Part shown: positions 1-12,115 of the stretch, one piece after another | Position numbering within the stretch: position 1 is the first letter of the stretch | Layout of the letters: the number at the start of each line of letters is the position of its first letter | From: Blastocystis sp. subtype 4 | Lineage: Eukaryota | Reading direction: 5' to 3' | Length of the DNA: 64,000 bases | Assembly (NCBI RefSeq): GCF_000743755.1 | Contig: NW_014569524.1 | Span: 1-64,000 of the forward strand | The notes under the pieces: generated by a model | Database searches by the model: none | The model's input: the letters and a program-made list of their open reading frames with translations, nothing else | Told to the model about the DNA's origin: nothing | Translations under genes and position numbers: made by a program

Positions 1-81
1 GGGATGTCAGAGCCTAAGTGAGTACTTGTTCGGAGTAAATCGACTTGTCCAAATGTGTTTGTTTGACCCAAACAGTTTTTC

Positions 82-964
82 ATGGGAGCGAAGGTATGGG
101 TGAACTCCACTAGTGTTCGCATGAAAGAGCTGAACATTATGTTAAAAGGAGTATTTGAACGCTCAAGATTGAGTTCTCTAGGTCGAATTGTATTTCTGCT
201 TTTGGGATGATAATGAACTTAGAGACCATGGAAAGAGTTTTTCAGTGGATTCAAGTGTCCTTCGTTCCAAGATAGGAGGGGATTACTTAGGATAGCAACA
301 AATCTTCTGTATTTTAGTGGAAACTACTTGGTTATAATGGGAATACTCCTTGTCATCCAGATGTGTGTATCTAAGAGATAGTTGATCTGTAGGATACAAG
401 ATCCCCTTTTAGCTATATGTCTGGTATCAACTGTGGCAGTGTGGGTGTAGAGAATTAACGGAGTTGTGATTCGTAGGTACTTGTTTCATTTGTATTCACA
501 TAAGTTTACGATCAATGGAGAAACTATTGATTCATATATATACATTGTAGGAGGTGGATTAAGTATGATCTGGAAATCAAGTGAACTGTAGTTGGGTTGT
601 TCTTCATTTCTCTATCCAGAAGAGTTGGAACCCTTCTATGGTCTCTTTTCTTTCAATTGCTGTGTTTGTGTGTGTGGTAGTTTTGATAGATAGTGGTTTT
701 CCTTCATGCCAGTCTTCGTAAACGCTCGTTGCGGAGTAAACTGGCTTTCCGAACAGCACATTTACCTTTTGGAATCAACTCCTTTGTTGTATGATTATAT
801 GGTTGGTATTACCGTAGGGAAATGATGAAGACTTCATCCCACTAACAGTAACATCCAGTGGGGATTACAAGCCTGCGAAACAAGGTATTAGCAGTCGTAG
901 CAACGGTGCTGTATTTGTGGAAGCTGGGCATGCGCCAGTATTTGAGGATTCAGAAAGTGATTAG
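82..964 (+). CDS. PRA1-family (prenylated Rab acceptor / PRAF-like) membrane protein, multi-exon; start uncertain
   Basis: Spliced translation gives RPWKEFFSGFKCP...IATNLLYFSGNYL, hydrophobic helices and VFLHASLRKRSLRSKL, which are PRA1 signatures. TAG at 962-964 is followed by TGTTTATT. Confidence 0.75.
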
Positions 965-1098
965 ATGTTGTTTATTTGTTTCTTACAGAACCGTCCCTTT
1001 GTGTATTACCGCGGTTTTTACCACATCCGCAATAGGATCATAGAGTTTTCGTCGGTGTACAGTCTTTTTGTTTTGTGATAGTATAGAGTCATACAACA

Positions 1099-2992
1099 AT
1101 GGGGAAGCATAAACATGGACATAAGAAGTCTCGTAAAGAGAAAGACTCTACGTCGACTGCTAGTGAGTCCGAAGAGGTAGATATTTCGGATCAACAAGTT
1201 TCAGACCTTTCCAGCATGGAAGATTCGTCGATGTCGAGTGGTAAGTACCATTTCCTTATATTGATGGATTAGATTCCTCGCATCATAAAAAAAGTAGTAA
1301 GCATCGTTCAAAGAGAATTGAGACTGATTCGGAGGATAGCGCTCCAAAGAAAAGAGAATGGTATATATTTGATATATTCACTTATTTCTAGGACGGGTTT
1401 GTGGATTCTCTGGAGTGTAACGTCTAGGTGATGAATCAGAAGATGATGTTGCAGAAGAAAGTCCTGAGTTTAAAGAATCTCATAAGGCATGGATTGAATC
1501 TGTACTGAAGGATCCTATGTCATTTACTGTTGTTGTGGGTGGTCTTGATAATCACTAGTTGACTGAGCCTATTGTTGGAGGAAGCATCATCAAGCCTTAC
1601 ATTACGTATCTTGTAACGATGTATCCTAAGGAAATAACCGTTCGTCGTCGTTACAGTGAATTTGATGCTTTTCGCAGTTTCTTGTTATCTCGTTATCCAG
1701 CAATGGCAATTGGTCCTCTTCCTCCTAAACAAGTCGTTAATAATACTTCCGAAGAGACAGTTTCATATCGCATGCAAGGTAGATTGTGAATCCTTCATAT
1801 ACTTTCTTAGCAATTTCTCTCTGGTTGAATGAGTTGGCTAGAAATCCATATATCCGATCTGATCCTTCTTTCATTGCATTTGTAACAGATGAGGGTTACG
1901 ATTGTGGGAAAGAACCGCAATTGGATTCACTAAGTTTGCACAATCCTGAAGTCAAGGTAAATTTAGCTGATACAATGTGATGAACAGAAGAAGAAGAAAC
2001 GTGTTGTTAATGAAGGATTTGAGAAGTATCAGGAACTGCTTCGTCATACTGTGTGTCCTGAGAACTATGAAAGGTTATCTTAGAATGATTCATTGATTCG
2101 TAGTGAATTGGCTGCCTATGAAAACAAACTTCAAACGATGATTGGAATAGTTGAGAGTTTGAAGGATAATTTCAATAAGCTGACAATGAATCAAAAAATG
2201 ATCAGTCAGAGTATTGGAGGAATCTCTTCATTATTGACCTCCTATCATCAAGTGATGAACACACATCACTATTCTGTACTGCAGACAGATCCTGAATTAG
2301 ATCAAACTAATGCTATTTCCATGAATGTATTGAATGTATCTGCTGGAGCCTGGGATGAATGGAAAATAGCTTCAAGTTTCGTCCCATGGTATGGAGGTCA
2401 AGGAGTATGTGATCTGTTTGATTCTCTGACAGTTCGTCTAAAAGGTTTGCAAGAGTTATTTGAGCGCCGCGCTTCAATTTATGTGATTCTGTTATGTATT
2501 CATGATATGTAGACTGATTATGTTGATATCTGGAACCAGAAAGGAGATGTGGTTCACGAAGTGAAGAGCAATCGTCGCAAAGGAAATCGTGAGCGAGCTT
2601 CAAAGGCTTCGATGGACCTTGAAGACTTAGAAGTTGAATTGGTATTGAAGAAGAAATATTTGAAACGGTTTACGAAAATGATGTTGAGTCATGAGTTATC
2701 ATCATTTGTCAAGCAAGAAATGACGATTCTATTAAGTGCCTTTTCAAGTTATGCTGCTGCCTCAGTTGTAACATGTCAACAACTTCAGAAGGTATGGGAA
2801 GATGCTGGAGGAAAGATGTGTTCGAATTTCTCTGCTATGATTGAACAGTCTCAAACGAACTATGATCAAATGAAGGATCGACTTATTAGAGAGCAACTTC
2901 AGAAATGGGAGAGAAAGGAGAGTGAAAGTGAAGAGAGTGAAGAGAGTGAAAGTGAGAAGAGTGAGAGTGAAAGTGAGAGTGAGAAGAGTGAA

Positions 2993-3026
<34 letters not shown>

Positions 3027-3166
3027 AAGAAGAAAGCAGTGAAAGTAGTGAGGAGGAGAAGCCAAAGAAGAGCAAGAAGGACAAGAAGGACAAGAAGGAC
3101 AAGAAGGACAAGAAGAGCAAGAGAAAGGAAGAATCAGATGAATCTAGCAGTGAAGTTGCTCTCTAA
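1099..3166 (+). CDS. Sorting nexin (PX + BAR-like helical domain) with low-complexity tails
   Basis: PX motif ITVRRRYSEFDAFRSFLLSRYPAMAIGPLPPKQ, followed by a helical BAR-like region; several ~30 nt introns. TAA at 3164-3166, TGTTTGTT at 3174. Confidence 0.85.
2915..3125 (+). repeat. Coding low-complexity repeats (SE)n and (KKD)n in the sorting nexin C-terminus
   Basis: AGTGAA/AGTGAG hexamer run, then AAGAAGGAC x4. Confidence 0.9.
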
Positions 3167-3287
3167 TTCATCTTGTTTGTTAAGACACTTTCTTTGATTT
3201 GATATGAAATACCGCGGGAAATAGATATAAGTACAAGTCGATAGATTTCAATTAGTAGTCCCATCTTCCACATTCATCTAATTCAAA

Positions 3288-5522
3288 ATGTCAATGTCTC
3301 TTCAAGAACGCCAAAAGAGTGATCGAATAAGAAAGGAGTGATTGGTTAGACTTGATATCATCGATTCTAGATATCTCTAGTCAGAATGATGAAATGCTTC
3401 CAACGTATGATTAAATGATCGTTGATTCATGATTAGCACCGATACTGACTCTGGAGTGATGGGAAGATGGAAATTGTTAATGTAATGGAGTCAATTGATC
3501 TCTAATTAACTTAGTCTTGATCAGTTCACAAAGCAACAGATTACTCCCTTATTTAGCAATTCAGACTTGCGACGATGTGGAGTTACTCTTCATCTCCAGA
3601 TTAATGATAAAAGAGAGCCAATCAAAGGTGTTCCTGCTGTGTATTTCGTGGAACCAACTGAAGAGAACATTCGTCGTATTGCAAAGGATTGCTCATCTCC
3701 AATATATGAAATTAATTACATCAATTTCTCTTCCAGTATCTCTCGTGAGATGATGACTCTTTTTGCACAACTATGCGTTGAATATGGCTGTTCGCAGCGA
3801 ATTAGTCGAGTTGGCGTTAATATAATGAATCATCGATAGGTGTATGATTGTTATGTTGGAGGGATTGCTCTAGAGCCATATCTATATACATTTCAACGTC
3901 ATCACATCTATTCCCTGATCAGCAGTCCTCAATCTGCTTCTCATGAGGTAGAGCTCAAATTGCCTTGTAAAGGATAGATTGAACAAGTGATAGGCCATGA
4001 TATTCCAAATGACTTGTTGTCTCTTGTGATATCGATGGCTACAGTTCCAACAATCCGATGTTCACCAAATGGTGCTGCTAGCATGATTGCTTCCTCTCTT
4101 TCTGCATTAATTCGTGACCAATTGGTATTTCTTCTAGTTTTGAGTTACTACTAGAAATCAAGTATTAATCTGTTCCAGCAAACTAAAGTGAATAAAGGAC
4201 CTTGTCTTCGTCATCCTTTGCTCGTGATTCTCGATCGTGATGTGGATCTGATCTCTCCTTTGCAACATTCATCTCACTATCAAGTGAGTATATCTTATTG
4301 TGTTGATCGATAGCCTCTGGTAAATGATTTGTTACCCTGTAATGCTAACCGAGTGATTATTCCAAATACAACCTCCTTCTATCTTGACAAAAATCAAGAC
4401 GATTTCTGGAATGATTATGCTTGTAGGCAAAAATGGAATGCATTTACTTGAAGATTCACTATTCCCTGAAGCAATTGAAGCCAACAAGAGTCGAATGGAG
4501 GAGGTGATGAAGAAGGTAGAATCCGTGCGAGGAATCACTAGTGCCTCAGGAGGCCAGAATCCCCAAACGAGTAAGAATGACTCAAAACTGTGATGTAGAC
4601 CTCTTGAAGAATGCTGTGGAATCTCTGCCTGAACTGCTTGAACAGAAAAAGGAACTGGAGAAACACACGACAATATTGAAGGGTTAGTGATGAGAGAACA
4701 CTTAACGTCTAGCTGTGATGGAACAGATCAATGAACGAGAAATACCGAACTTCTTCGATATGGAGAATAATGTGAAATCAGATAGTAAATTGGACATTCC
4801 AAATCTAATACGATTTCTGAAGGAGAAAGGAAATATTGAAGATAAGATCCGATTGTTGTGCATCTGTGTACTGTGTAAAGATCGAGATGTTTTAAGTCAG
4901 ATTGAAAATGGATTTAAGGAATATTTGGAATCATTGAATGGAAGTGATCGTACTCAAGCTGAAGATCTGATGAGAGCATATCATTATTTGAAATCATTCC
5001 GTATGACGAAAAATGTATCAGATCGTAATTTAACTGCACGTAGGGAAAGAAGACTAGAATTAATAGATAGAAGAGAGTTCAATTCGTCAATCATTCTTCA
5101 AAGCTACATCAGATATCATTAATTTGGCTAAAGCTGGAGTGAAGGGTATTTTGGGAGATGATGAACGCAGTGTTATTGTCCAGATTGTGGATGAACTCGT
5201 TAATGGCAAGTATGGTTTCGTTGATTCTTTCATATAGAACTTCTTCATTAACTGAAACGTATGGATATTATGATCCTGCAACAGGACGAACACTTCTTCC
5301 TAGTGATGGCACGAAATTGACATTTGAGGATGTGATTGTTTTTGTTGTTGGTGGTGGCAATTACAGCGAATATCAGCATTTGCAGATGTATGCGAAGAGT
5401 CAGAATCCTCCTCGCGTTGTTCTTTATGGAAGTACAGACATCCTGTCTGCAAAACAAGTAGAATCAAGGGAAAGTTTAATAGATAGTTTTTGCCTGAACT
5501 TCAGACATCGAATGCTGAGTAA
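3288..5522 (+). CDS. SLY1: Sec1/Munc18-family protein Sly1 (SCFD1), multi-exon
   Basis: LRRCGVTLHLQINDKREPIKGVPAVYFVEPTEENI, LVILDRDVDLISPLQH, IVFVVGGGNYSEYQHL...YGSTDIL. TAA at 5520-5522, TGTTTGTT at 5540. Confidence 0.92.
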
Positions 5523-5581
5523 TATGAAGGATGTTGCCTTGTTTGTTCCACTTTTTCTATTCTGGGTGAACCAGTGTCTTC

Positions 5582-6438
5582 ATGTTTTCTAGACTACTGA
5601 TTTGCAATATCTGGAGAGTAGGACCCAGTCCAGTTCAGTCCCTAAAGGGCATTCGCACAGCTCCTTTTCTCGTCACACAGCAACGTTCGTTTGGTATTTT
5701 ATCATCGATTCGAGACAATGTAAACGAAAAGATGGAAGAAAAGAAGCAGAAGACTGCTGGTTTGGTGAATCTACATGGAATTGATCCATAGATAAGGGGT
5801 TTAAGGAATTAATGGAACGATTTGCCTCATATGATACATATGGGATGAAGGAATACAAGGATACGTTTATCGTAGCTTATTTGTTGTAAAATGCTTATTT
5901 TATAGTGGTTAGCAGACAAATCAGGTGCAAATGGATGGAAATCGCACATTCCAGGTGTAGGGAAGATGGTATGAACAAATGAGGAAATGTTATATGTAGG
6001 AGGAGGTTCAGGAGATGAAGAAGTACGTTTCGATACTGGAAGCGATGACAGTTATCTTTTTTGATTACGCTGATTTGTAGCCACTGCAACTGGCCAAGCC
6101 CCAAACAATCAAAGCTCCTGATCGTATCAAGTTAGCAGAGGACACAAAGTTAGTAAGGATTTTGTTGTTTCTTTTCCATCTAGACCGTTGAGTATGTTAA
6201 CAAAGTACTAAGAATGTACGATCAACAATTTGGTAAGCTTAGTAGAGTATTCTGATGTATAGTGATGTACAAGTGGGTTCATCTAAGAAAGGAAAACAAC
6301 AAACCAATTCCTGAAACAATGAGTGAAATGAAAGATATGATGAGTCGAGATCATTCTGGCATCACAATGAAGGATATGATGAAGTTAAACCCACAACAGA
6401 GTAAATACAAGAGTACAAAGCAACGAATGAGGATGTAA
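5582..6438 (+). CDS. Organelle-targeted protein consisting of an Ffh/SRP54 M-domain-like region (MAP67-like)
   Basis: Arg/Ser-rich, acid-free N-terminal presequence (MFSRLL...QQRSFG). Spliced core EMKKYVSILEAMTPLQLAKPQTIKAPDRIKLAEDTKLTVEYVNKVLRMY aligns by eye to the Ffh M domain. No GTPase domain. Confidence 0.65.
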
Positions 6439-6500
6439 TTGGCTTGTTTGTTCATACTTGTCAATCTTGTCAAAGTTCCAAGCATCAGATTTTTGTTTTC

Positions 6501-8897
6501 ATGAAACAGAGCAAGTCTATTTCTGTGGATGATTCATCTCTTGACCCTTTCTTATCAATAATTGAAAATCGTCATGACTACATTGAGGTTTGTCTTTTCA
6601 ATCTGATCAAGAGACTAGAATGTCATGTCCACAATGCTAGATGGTCAGTCCATTGTTGAGTTTGCACAAGAGTACAGGAAATTTGGTTTTTCTCGAGAGA
6701 AGCGAGTAAATGATACTAACTCAAATAAGATCAATAGGATGGAAAGAATGGAGTCGTATTCAGAGAGTGGGCTCCTGCAGCTGATGCGATGAGTCTAGTT
6801 GGAGACTTCAATAACTGGAATCAGGACGAACACAAATGCAAACGTCTTGATAATGGCGTTTTTGAAGTGTTTGTTCCAGATGATGCTGAGTTGGATTACA
6901 TGGGTTGGTATTATTTAGACATCCTCTTTATCATCTTTCCAAAGTGAAGATTGTAATCTTTAAAAATGGAGCAGAAGGAGAAGAACCTAAGAAACTCTTC
7001 CGTGTTCCCTCCCACATTCACTATGCCATGCCTGATCCATTGAGTACAGATCTACTAAACTGTTGATTTGAAGATGAAAAGAGTTATGTTGGTATGTATT
7101 GGGACTACGCGATTCACGATCACCACTTTCAAATCGCAACTCGACAAGCACCGAGTATCCTTGATCGAACGGGTCTTCGGATTTATGAATGTCACGTTGG
7201 GATGGCAGGAGAGGAACCATCAGTATCATCCTACTCATATTTCGAGTATTCTGTGCTTCCACGTATCATTGCCGATGGATACAATTGTGTCCAATTCATG
7301 GCTATCGTTGAGCATGCGTATTATGCATCCTTTGGGTACCACTGCAACATGTTTTATGCCGTCTCCTCTCGATATGGAACACCTACTGACTTCAAGGTAA
7401 CAATTCAATTTCTATTCAATTCTAGAGACTAGTTGACGCAGTACATGCAGCAGGATTGTATGTAGTCATTGATATTATCCAGAGGTACGTTCTTCCAACC
7501 CTTATCAATGATAGTCATGCATCTCCAAACATCGATGACGGACTGAATTGCTTTGATGGATCCAATCATCAGTACTTTGCTGAAGGAGAAGCAGGAGAAC
7601 ACCGATTATGGGGGTCCAAATGTTTTGATTACAAGAAACGGGAAGTTGTCCAGTTTCTATTAGGTCAATTACTATATTTCGTTGAGGAATATCATATCGA
7701 TGGTTTTCGATTTGACGGAGTCACATCCATGATGTACAATGATCATGCCATCTGTAGAGGATTTAATGGAGATTATCGAGACTACTTTGGATTTCACAGC
7801 AATGTAGATTCGAGTAACTGTGTAAATCATAGATCAACATCGATGCTCTTGCCTATCTCACTATGGCAAATACACTACTCCACTCCATCTCTCCTCCTTG
7901 TTTTTCAATTGCTGAAGATGTATCAGGATATCCCCTTCTTGCTTGTCCTCTTAAGAAGGGAGGACTTGACTTTGATTATCGAATGAACATGGCAGTAGCT
8001 GATAAGTGGATCAAGCTTCTGAAAGAGAGCTGTCTTGATAACTGGAATGTGAGTGATATTCTTCATACCATCACAAACCGAAGGTACATCCAAGAGAGGA
8101 AGTTCATCAATAGATACGGAGAGAAATATATCTCTTATAATGAGTGTCACGATCAGTCTTTAGTAGGTGACAAGACTCTAGCCTTCTGGCTAATGGATGC
8201 TGCAATGTATACAAGTATGTCTAAACTAGTTGAAAGGAATATTATTGTATCGAATGGTATACGTGTTCTTCATCTCATTCGAGTCCTTACGAAGACGTTG
8301 GGAGGCGAAGGATATCTGAACTTCATGGGAAATGAGTTCGGTCATCCTGAATGGATTGACTTTCCTCGAGAAGGGAATCATAATTCATATCATCATTGTC
8401 GTCGGCAATGGCACTTGGTGTAGGTCACATAGAGGCAACTTCATGGTAGAGACGATCGTAATCTCCTTTACCAGTATATCAACAACTGGGATACGCAAAC
8501 GAACTACTTGTGTTCAGAGTATGGTAGGATTCAAAGGTAAGGATCATCAAAAGCACTTCAAGTTAATGGATTTGAGTATATCACACTCCGTGATGAGCGA
8601 AATCAAGTGGTGGCATATGAGAAGGGACCATTGTTGTTTGTATATAACTTCAGTTGCAAGGAAAGTTACAAGGATTATCAGGTGCCAGTAAGGAATGAAG
8701 GCACATATCGTTGCATACTCTCTGTAATCAATGGAGTTTGTCGTGATTGATAGAGTGACCTGCCTGAGTATTATGGAGAAAATCGTGTTTCCCTCACTTC
8801 TCTACATCCAACTCAATCAAACTCACGAGGAGTTTGTATGTTTCAAATACAGATCTACTGTCCGACTCTAACCGTGAACATTTACAAAAGAATATAA
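6501..8897 (+). CDS. GBE1: 1,4-alpha-glucan branching enzyme (GH13), multi-exon
   Basis: [25 protein letters not shown], catalytic [50 protein letters not shown]. Confidence 0.95.
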
Positions 8898-9000
8898 GTA
8901 CGGTCAATGAATTGTTTGAAAAACTAAATGAGAAACAAACAAAAATGAGAGTCAACAAAGAACAACCATCACTGAGTCTGATGACACAACAAACCATTGT

Positions 9001-9250
9001 TTAGATGTTGAGCTTAGTACGCTTCCAATGACGACGCTTAGCGTTGTATCTATTAAACAGTGAGAATAATGCCACCAACACAACTTGAACATACCTAATA
9101 GTGTTTCCAGTGCGAAGACGGAACCACTGAGGCAGAGGACGGTTCTGTCTCATCTTCTTAGCAAGAATTCTCTTGGTACGGAAAGACTTCTGGGAAGGCT
9201 ACACGAATGGATTAGAAACATTAAGGGACACAAAAAATGCCAATTACCAT
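9001..9250 (-). CDS. RPL39: 60S ribosomal protein L39 (3 exons; exon 1 is the ATG only)
   Basis: [51 protein letters not shown]; absent from the ORF track. Confidence 0.96.
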
Positions 9251-9413
9251 TATCTAGTTGTTGACTGCGATAACTATGAGAGAATCAATATGATGAACCC
9301 CTTGATAGGTACACCGTTATTATTTTAGACTTTATTGAAATTGGGGCTACTATTTCCTTTTCATATTGAAATACTGTATCTCACAAACAGCAATGAAATG
9401 ATGGGGCAAACGA

Positions 9414-11846
9414 TTAAAACATGCATCCACCTCTAAAATATTGTTTGAACTCTCCAAATAAGAGTCCAACTCGATGTTCGGATAGTTTAGTATACGACAG
9501 ATTCAGTCTTCGCAGAGAATAGCTCTCATGATTTTTAAAGAAGTCTAAAAGCTCGTAACATCCAACTTTAGTGATGCTGGTATAAGATAAATCTAATTCA
9601 TATAGGAAAGGAAGTATACCTTTAACTCCATACACTTGGATGAAATGAGTCATAAACTGATCATCAATGTTGTAGTTTCCTGAGAGTTTGAGGTATTGGA
9701 TCTTTCTACAGTACTGAGTTTCTTCCAGAGCATTCAGCAAACAGGTCAAATCCTGAAAACACAGATTGCAATTTGTCAATATCAATCTGCGTAAATTAAA
9801 CGAAGCAGGAGAACATAACCAATTATACAAATCCTTTCCGATACACTGTAGAGATAGAGTGATTACACTTAACTTGATGAGTCCACTAGGCTGGTTTGGA
9901 TGGAAGATATTGAGAAAAGCAGCAATACCTCTAGATGAAATTGTATTGTCCTCAAAGCAGGCCTCTTGGAGGAGTTCAACACAACAGAATCGCTGGATAT
10001 ACTTACAAAGCCACTCCAAATCAACATTGTTCAGTGGATTGTGACTGAATTCAAATCGACGGATTGTGAACGAGTGTTGGTGTAATTGTTTCGTTTCATA
10101 GACTAACAGTTCCCAATCCTTTTCATGAAACGATCCAATAAGATTGCTACTCAGATCGAGAACATCAAGATCTTTTATATTAGAGAATGTAAGTGCTCTC
10201 AAAAATTGACAGAACACCCTCTGATCAAAGAGAGTATTGTTAAGATAAAGACAACGCAGATTCTCAAGATGACCGTGAAGAACCCATTTTACAAAGGCTC
10301 GTTCTGATTTTTTCTTCATTGCGATTCCCTCAACGTTGATCACTCGGAGATTGACACATGGAGATTTCGAAAGATTTGTCCAAAATCGGGCCATTTCGGT
10401 TGACAAACCAGGGTTGTTTCCGATATCAACAGACTTCAAGCTTTCAGAAAATGGAGTGAGAAGGAAGGACGCGAAGGCAATCAAGTCAGTACTCTTCATA
10501 CCACAATTATTCAGCGCAATGTCTTCAATAACAGGACAAACTCCATTCCCAAGATAACCAAAGAATAGTTGAAGTGCTTCACCTCCAAGATTACAATTAT
10601 TAGAAAGAATGAAGGAATGAAGATTTGGACAGAGATAAGGAGAGATCATAGAATTGATAACACCTACTCCTTCATTAGTGAGACAGTTATCTGATAAATC
10701 GAGAAGTTCCAGATTAGCTAACAATCCCTGGGAAGTAACATCAACAAGGAATACAAGACAAGGATCAGTTAAACCAGTATTCGAGAGATGTAGTTGCTGA
10801 ATACGAGGACAATCTATTTGAGACTCAGACTCGCTACTCCAAATTGAGTCAACAAGAAGCTCAAATCCATGTCGTAAGAGAGGAATAGACGAGAAATCGA
10901 CTTCAACAAGACGATTGCATTTAGAGAGGAGGACGGAAGTTAGAACAATCTCAATTCCTTCCACACTCTTCACAATGAACTTAAGACGGGCAAGCACCCG
11001 AAAGAGAACAGTATTGATATTCTTCGCAAGTTTTCCTGCAAAGAATGGAGTGATTTCGGTTTCTTGGATCACTAGATTTAACACCATAGAATCATCCAGA
11101 ATCCCTAAACGAATGGCTCGTTGAACACGCTGACTCAAAGCCTCAATAATTTCTAACATTGCCCACTCTCCAATATGATACAATTCGATTGTATCAAGTT
11201 CTGTAAAACCATCATTCTGAAGCATGGTTGTAAAGTCTTTTAATTCTCGTTCTTTGGGCTGTCCATAAAGCCGAATTCTCTTTAAGAAAGAACTAAGATG
11301 AATAACAGAAAACCATCCAGCTCTAGCACTCAAAGAGACATCATTGTGGGAAATGATGATGAGCTTGTGAAAAAAACGATTCACAGATTTTAGTCGGAGT
11401 TGAGTCTGCGTATCCAAATAAGAGATCAGTTCGATCATTGTAGTACTGCGAAAACGAGACACATTCACTGATCCATGGCTACTTCGCTGAGGATACATAG
11501 CACTCAGTCGTGCTTTAAAGCGATTTAAACGATAATCATACAACTTGTGTAGTTTTTCGCGCATATCCCCTTGATCTTTTGGATGAATGACTTCATCAAT
11601 ATCGGAAGAATCTAAAAATAACAAAAAGGAAGAAAGGCAACCAGTTTCAGAGTCCTCATTTGAAACACCGATTTTTGATATCATATTGTCGATGTTTCGA
11701 TAACTATCGAATCCACTCGTTGAAAACACAGTATTAGGATGGATGCGCCGATTGTCAGCCGATGGCCGTCGTGAAGGAGGTTTGATGGATTCCTTTCCAC
11801 TGCTATATAATTCTTCTATTTGGTCTTTCGAGTGTTTCTGACCCAT
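9414..11846 (-). CDS. F-box-like + RNI-type leucine-rich repeat protein with possible N-myristoylation site
   Basis: MGQKHS N-terminus; F-box-like IELISYLDTQTQLRLKSVNRFFHKL; many LxxLxLSxNxL repeats. Probable in-frame 30 nt intron at 11612-11641. Confidence 0.8.
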   Translation of the reverse strand: MGQKHSKDQIEELYSSGKESIKPPSRRPSADNRRIHPNTVFSTSGFDSYRNIDNMISKIGVSNEDSETGCLSSFLLFLDSSDIDEVIHPKDQGDMREKLHKLYDYRLNRFKARLSAMYPQRSSHGSVNVSRFRSTTMIELISYLDTQTQLRLKSVNRFFHKLIIISHNDVSLSARAGWFSVIHLSSFLKRIRLYGQPKERELKDFTTMLQNDGFTELDTIELYHIGEWAMLEIIEALSQRVQRAIRLGILDDSMVLNLVIQETEITPFFAGKLAKNINTVLFRVLARLKFIVKSVEGIEIVLTSVLLSKCNRLVEVDFSSIPLLRHGFELLVDSIWSSESESQIDCPRIQQLHLSNTGLTDPCLVFLVDVTSQGLLANLELLDLSDNCLTNEGVGVINSMISPYLCPNLHSFILSNNCNLGGEALQLFFGYLGNGVCPVIEDIALNNCGMKSTDLIAFASFLLTPFSESLKSVDIGNNPGLSTEMARFWTNLSKSPCVNLRVINVEGIAMKKKSERAFVKWVLHGHLENLRCLYLNNTLFDQRVFCQFLRALTFSNIKDLDVLDLSSNLIGSFHEKDWELLVYETKQLHQHSFTIRRFEFSHNPLNNVDLEWLCKYIQRFCCVELLQEACFEDNTISSRGIAAFLNIFHPNQPSGLIKLSVITLSLQCIGKDLYNWLCSPASFNLRRLILTNCNLCFQDLTCLLNALEETQYCRKIQYLKLSGNYNIDDQFMTHFIQVYGVKGILPFLYELDLSYTSITKVGCYELLDFFKNHESYSLRRLNLSYTKLSEHRVGLLFGEFKQYFRGGCMF

Positions 11847-11980
11847 TTCTATATATCATCAGGAAAACAAAATCACCATACAAAGTATGGGAGACAGAAC
11901 GTATTACAATAACAGTGAAAGAATAAGCTGATAAAACAGATCAGATACTTGAAGGGTTATACAAAGAGAGTATTTTCAGT

Positions 11981-12052
11981 GGCCTGCTGGTCTAGTGGTA
12001 TGATTCTCGCTTAGGGTGCGAGAGGTCACGGGTTCGATTCCCGTGTAGGCCC
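11981..12052 (+). tRNA. tRNA-Pro (anticodon AGG)
   Basis: Acceptor stem GGCCTGC/GTAGGCC, D-loop TGGTCTAGTGG, anticodon arm CTCGC-TTAGGGT-GCGAG, T-loop GGTTCGATTCC, downstream T-run (Pol III terminator). Confidence 0.97.
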
Positions 12053-12115
12053 TTATTTTTCTCTCTAGCTACTTTTACCGCATTTGATTTCAATTAAATA
12101 TGCAAACAAACACAT

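Noticed and set aside
2899..3197. Alternative-frame ORFs (LSLSLS..., KVKVRV...)
   Set aside because: Artefacts of the (SE)n/(KKD)n repeat in the sorting nexin.
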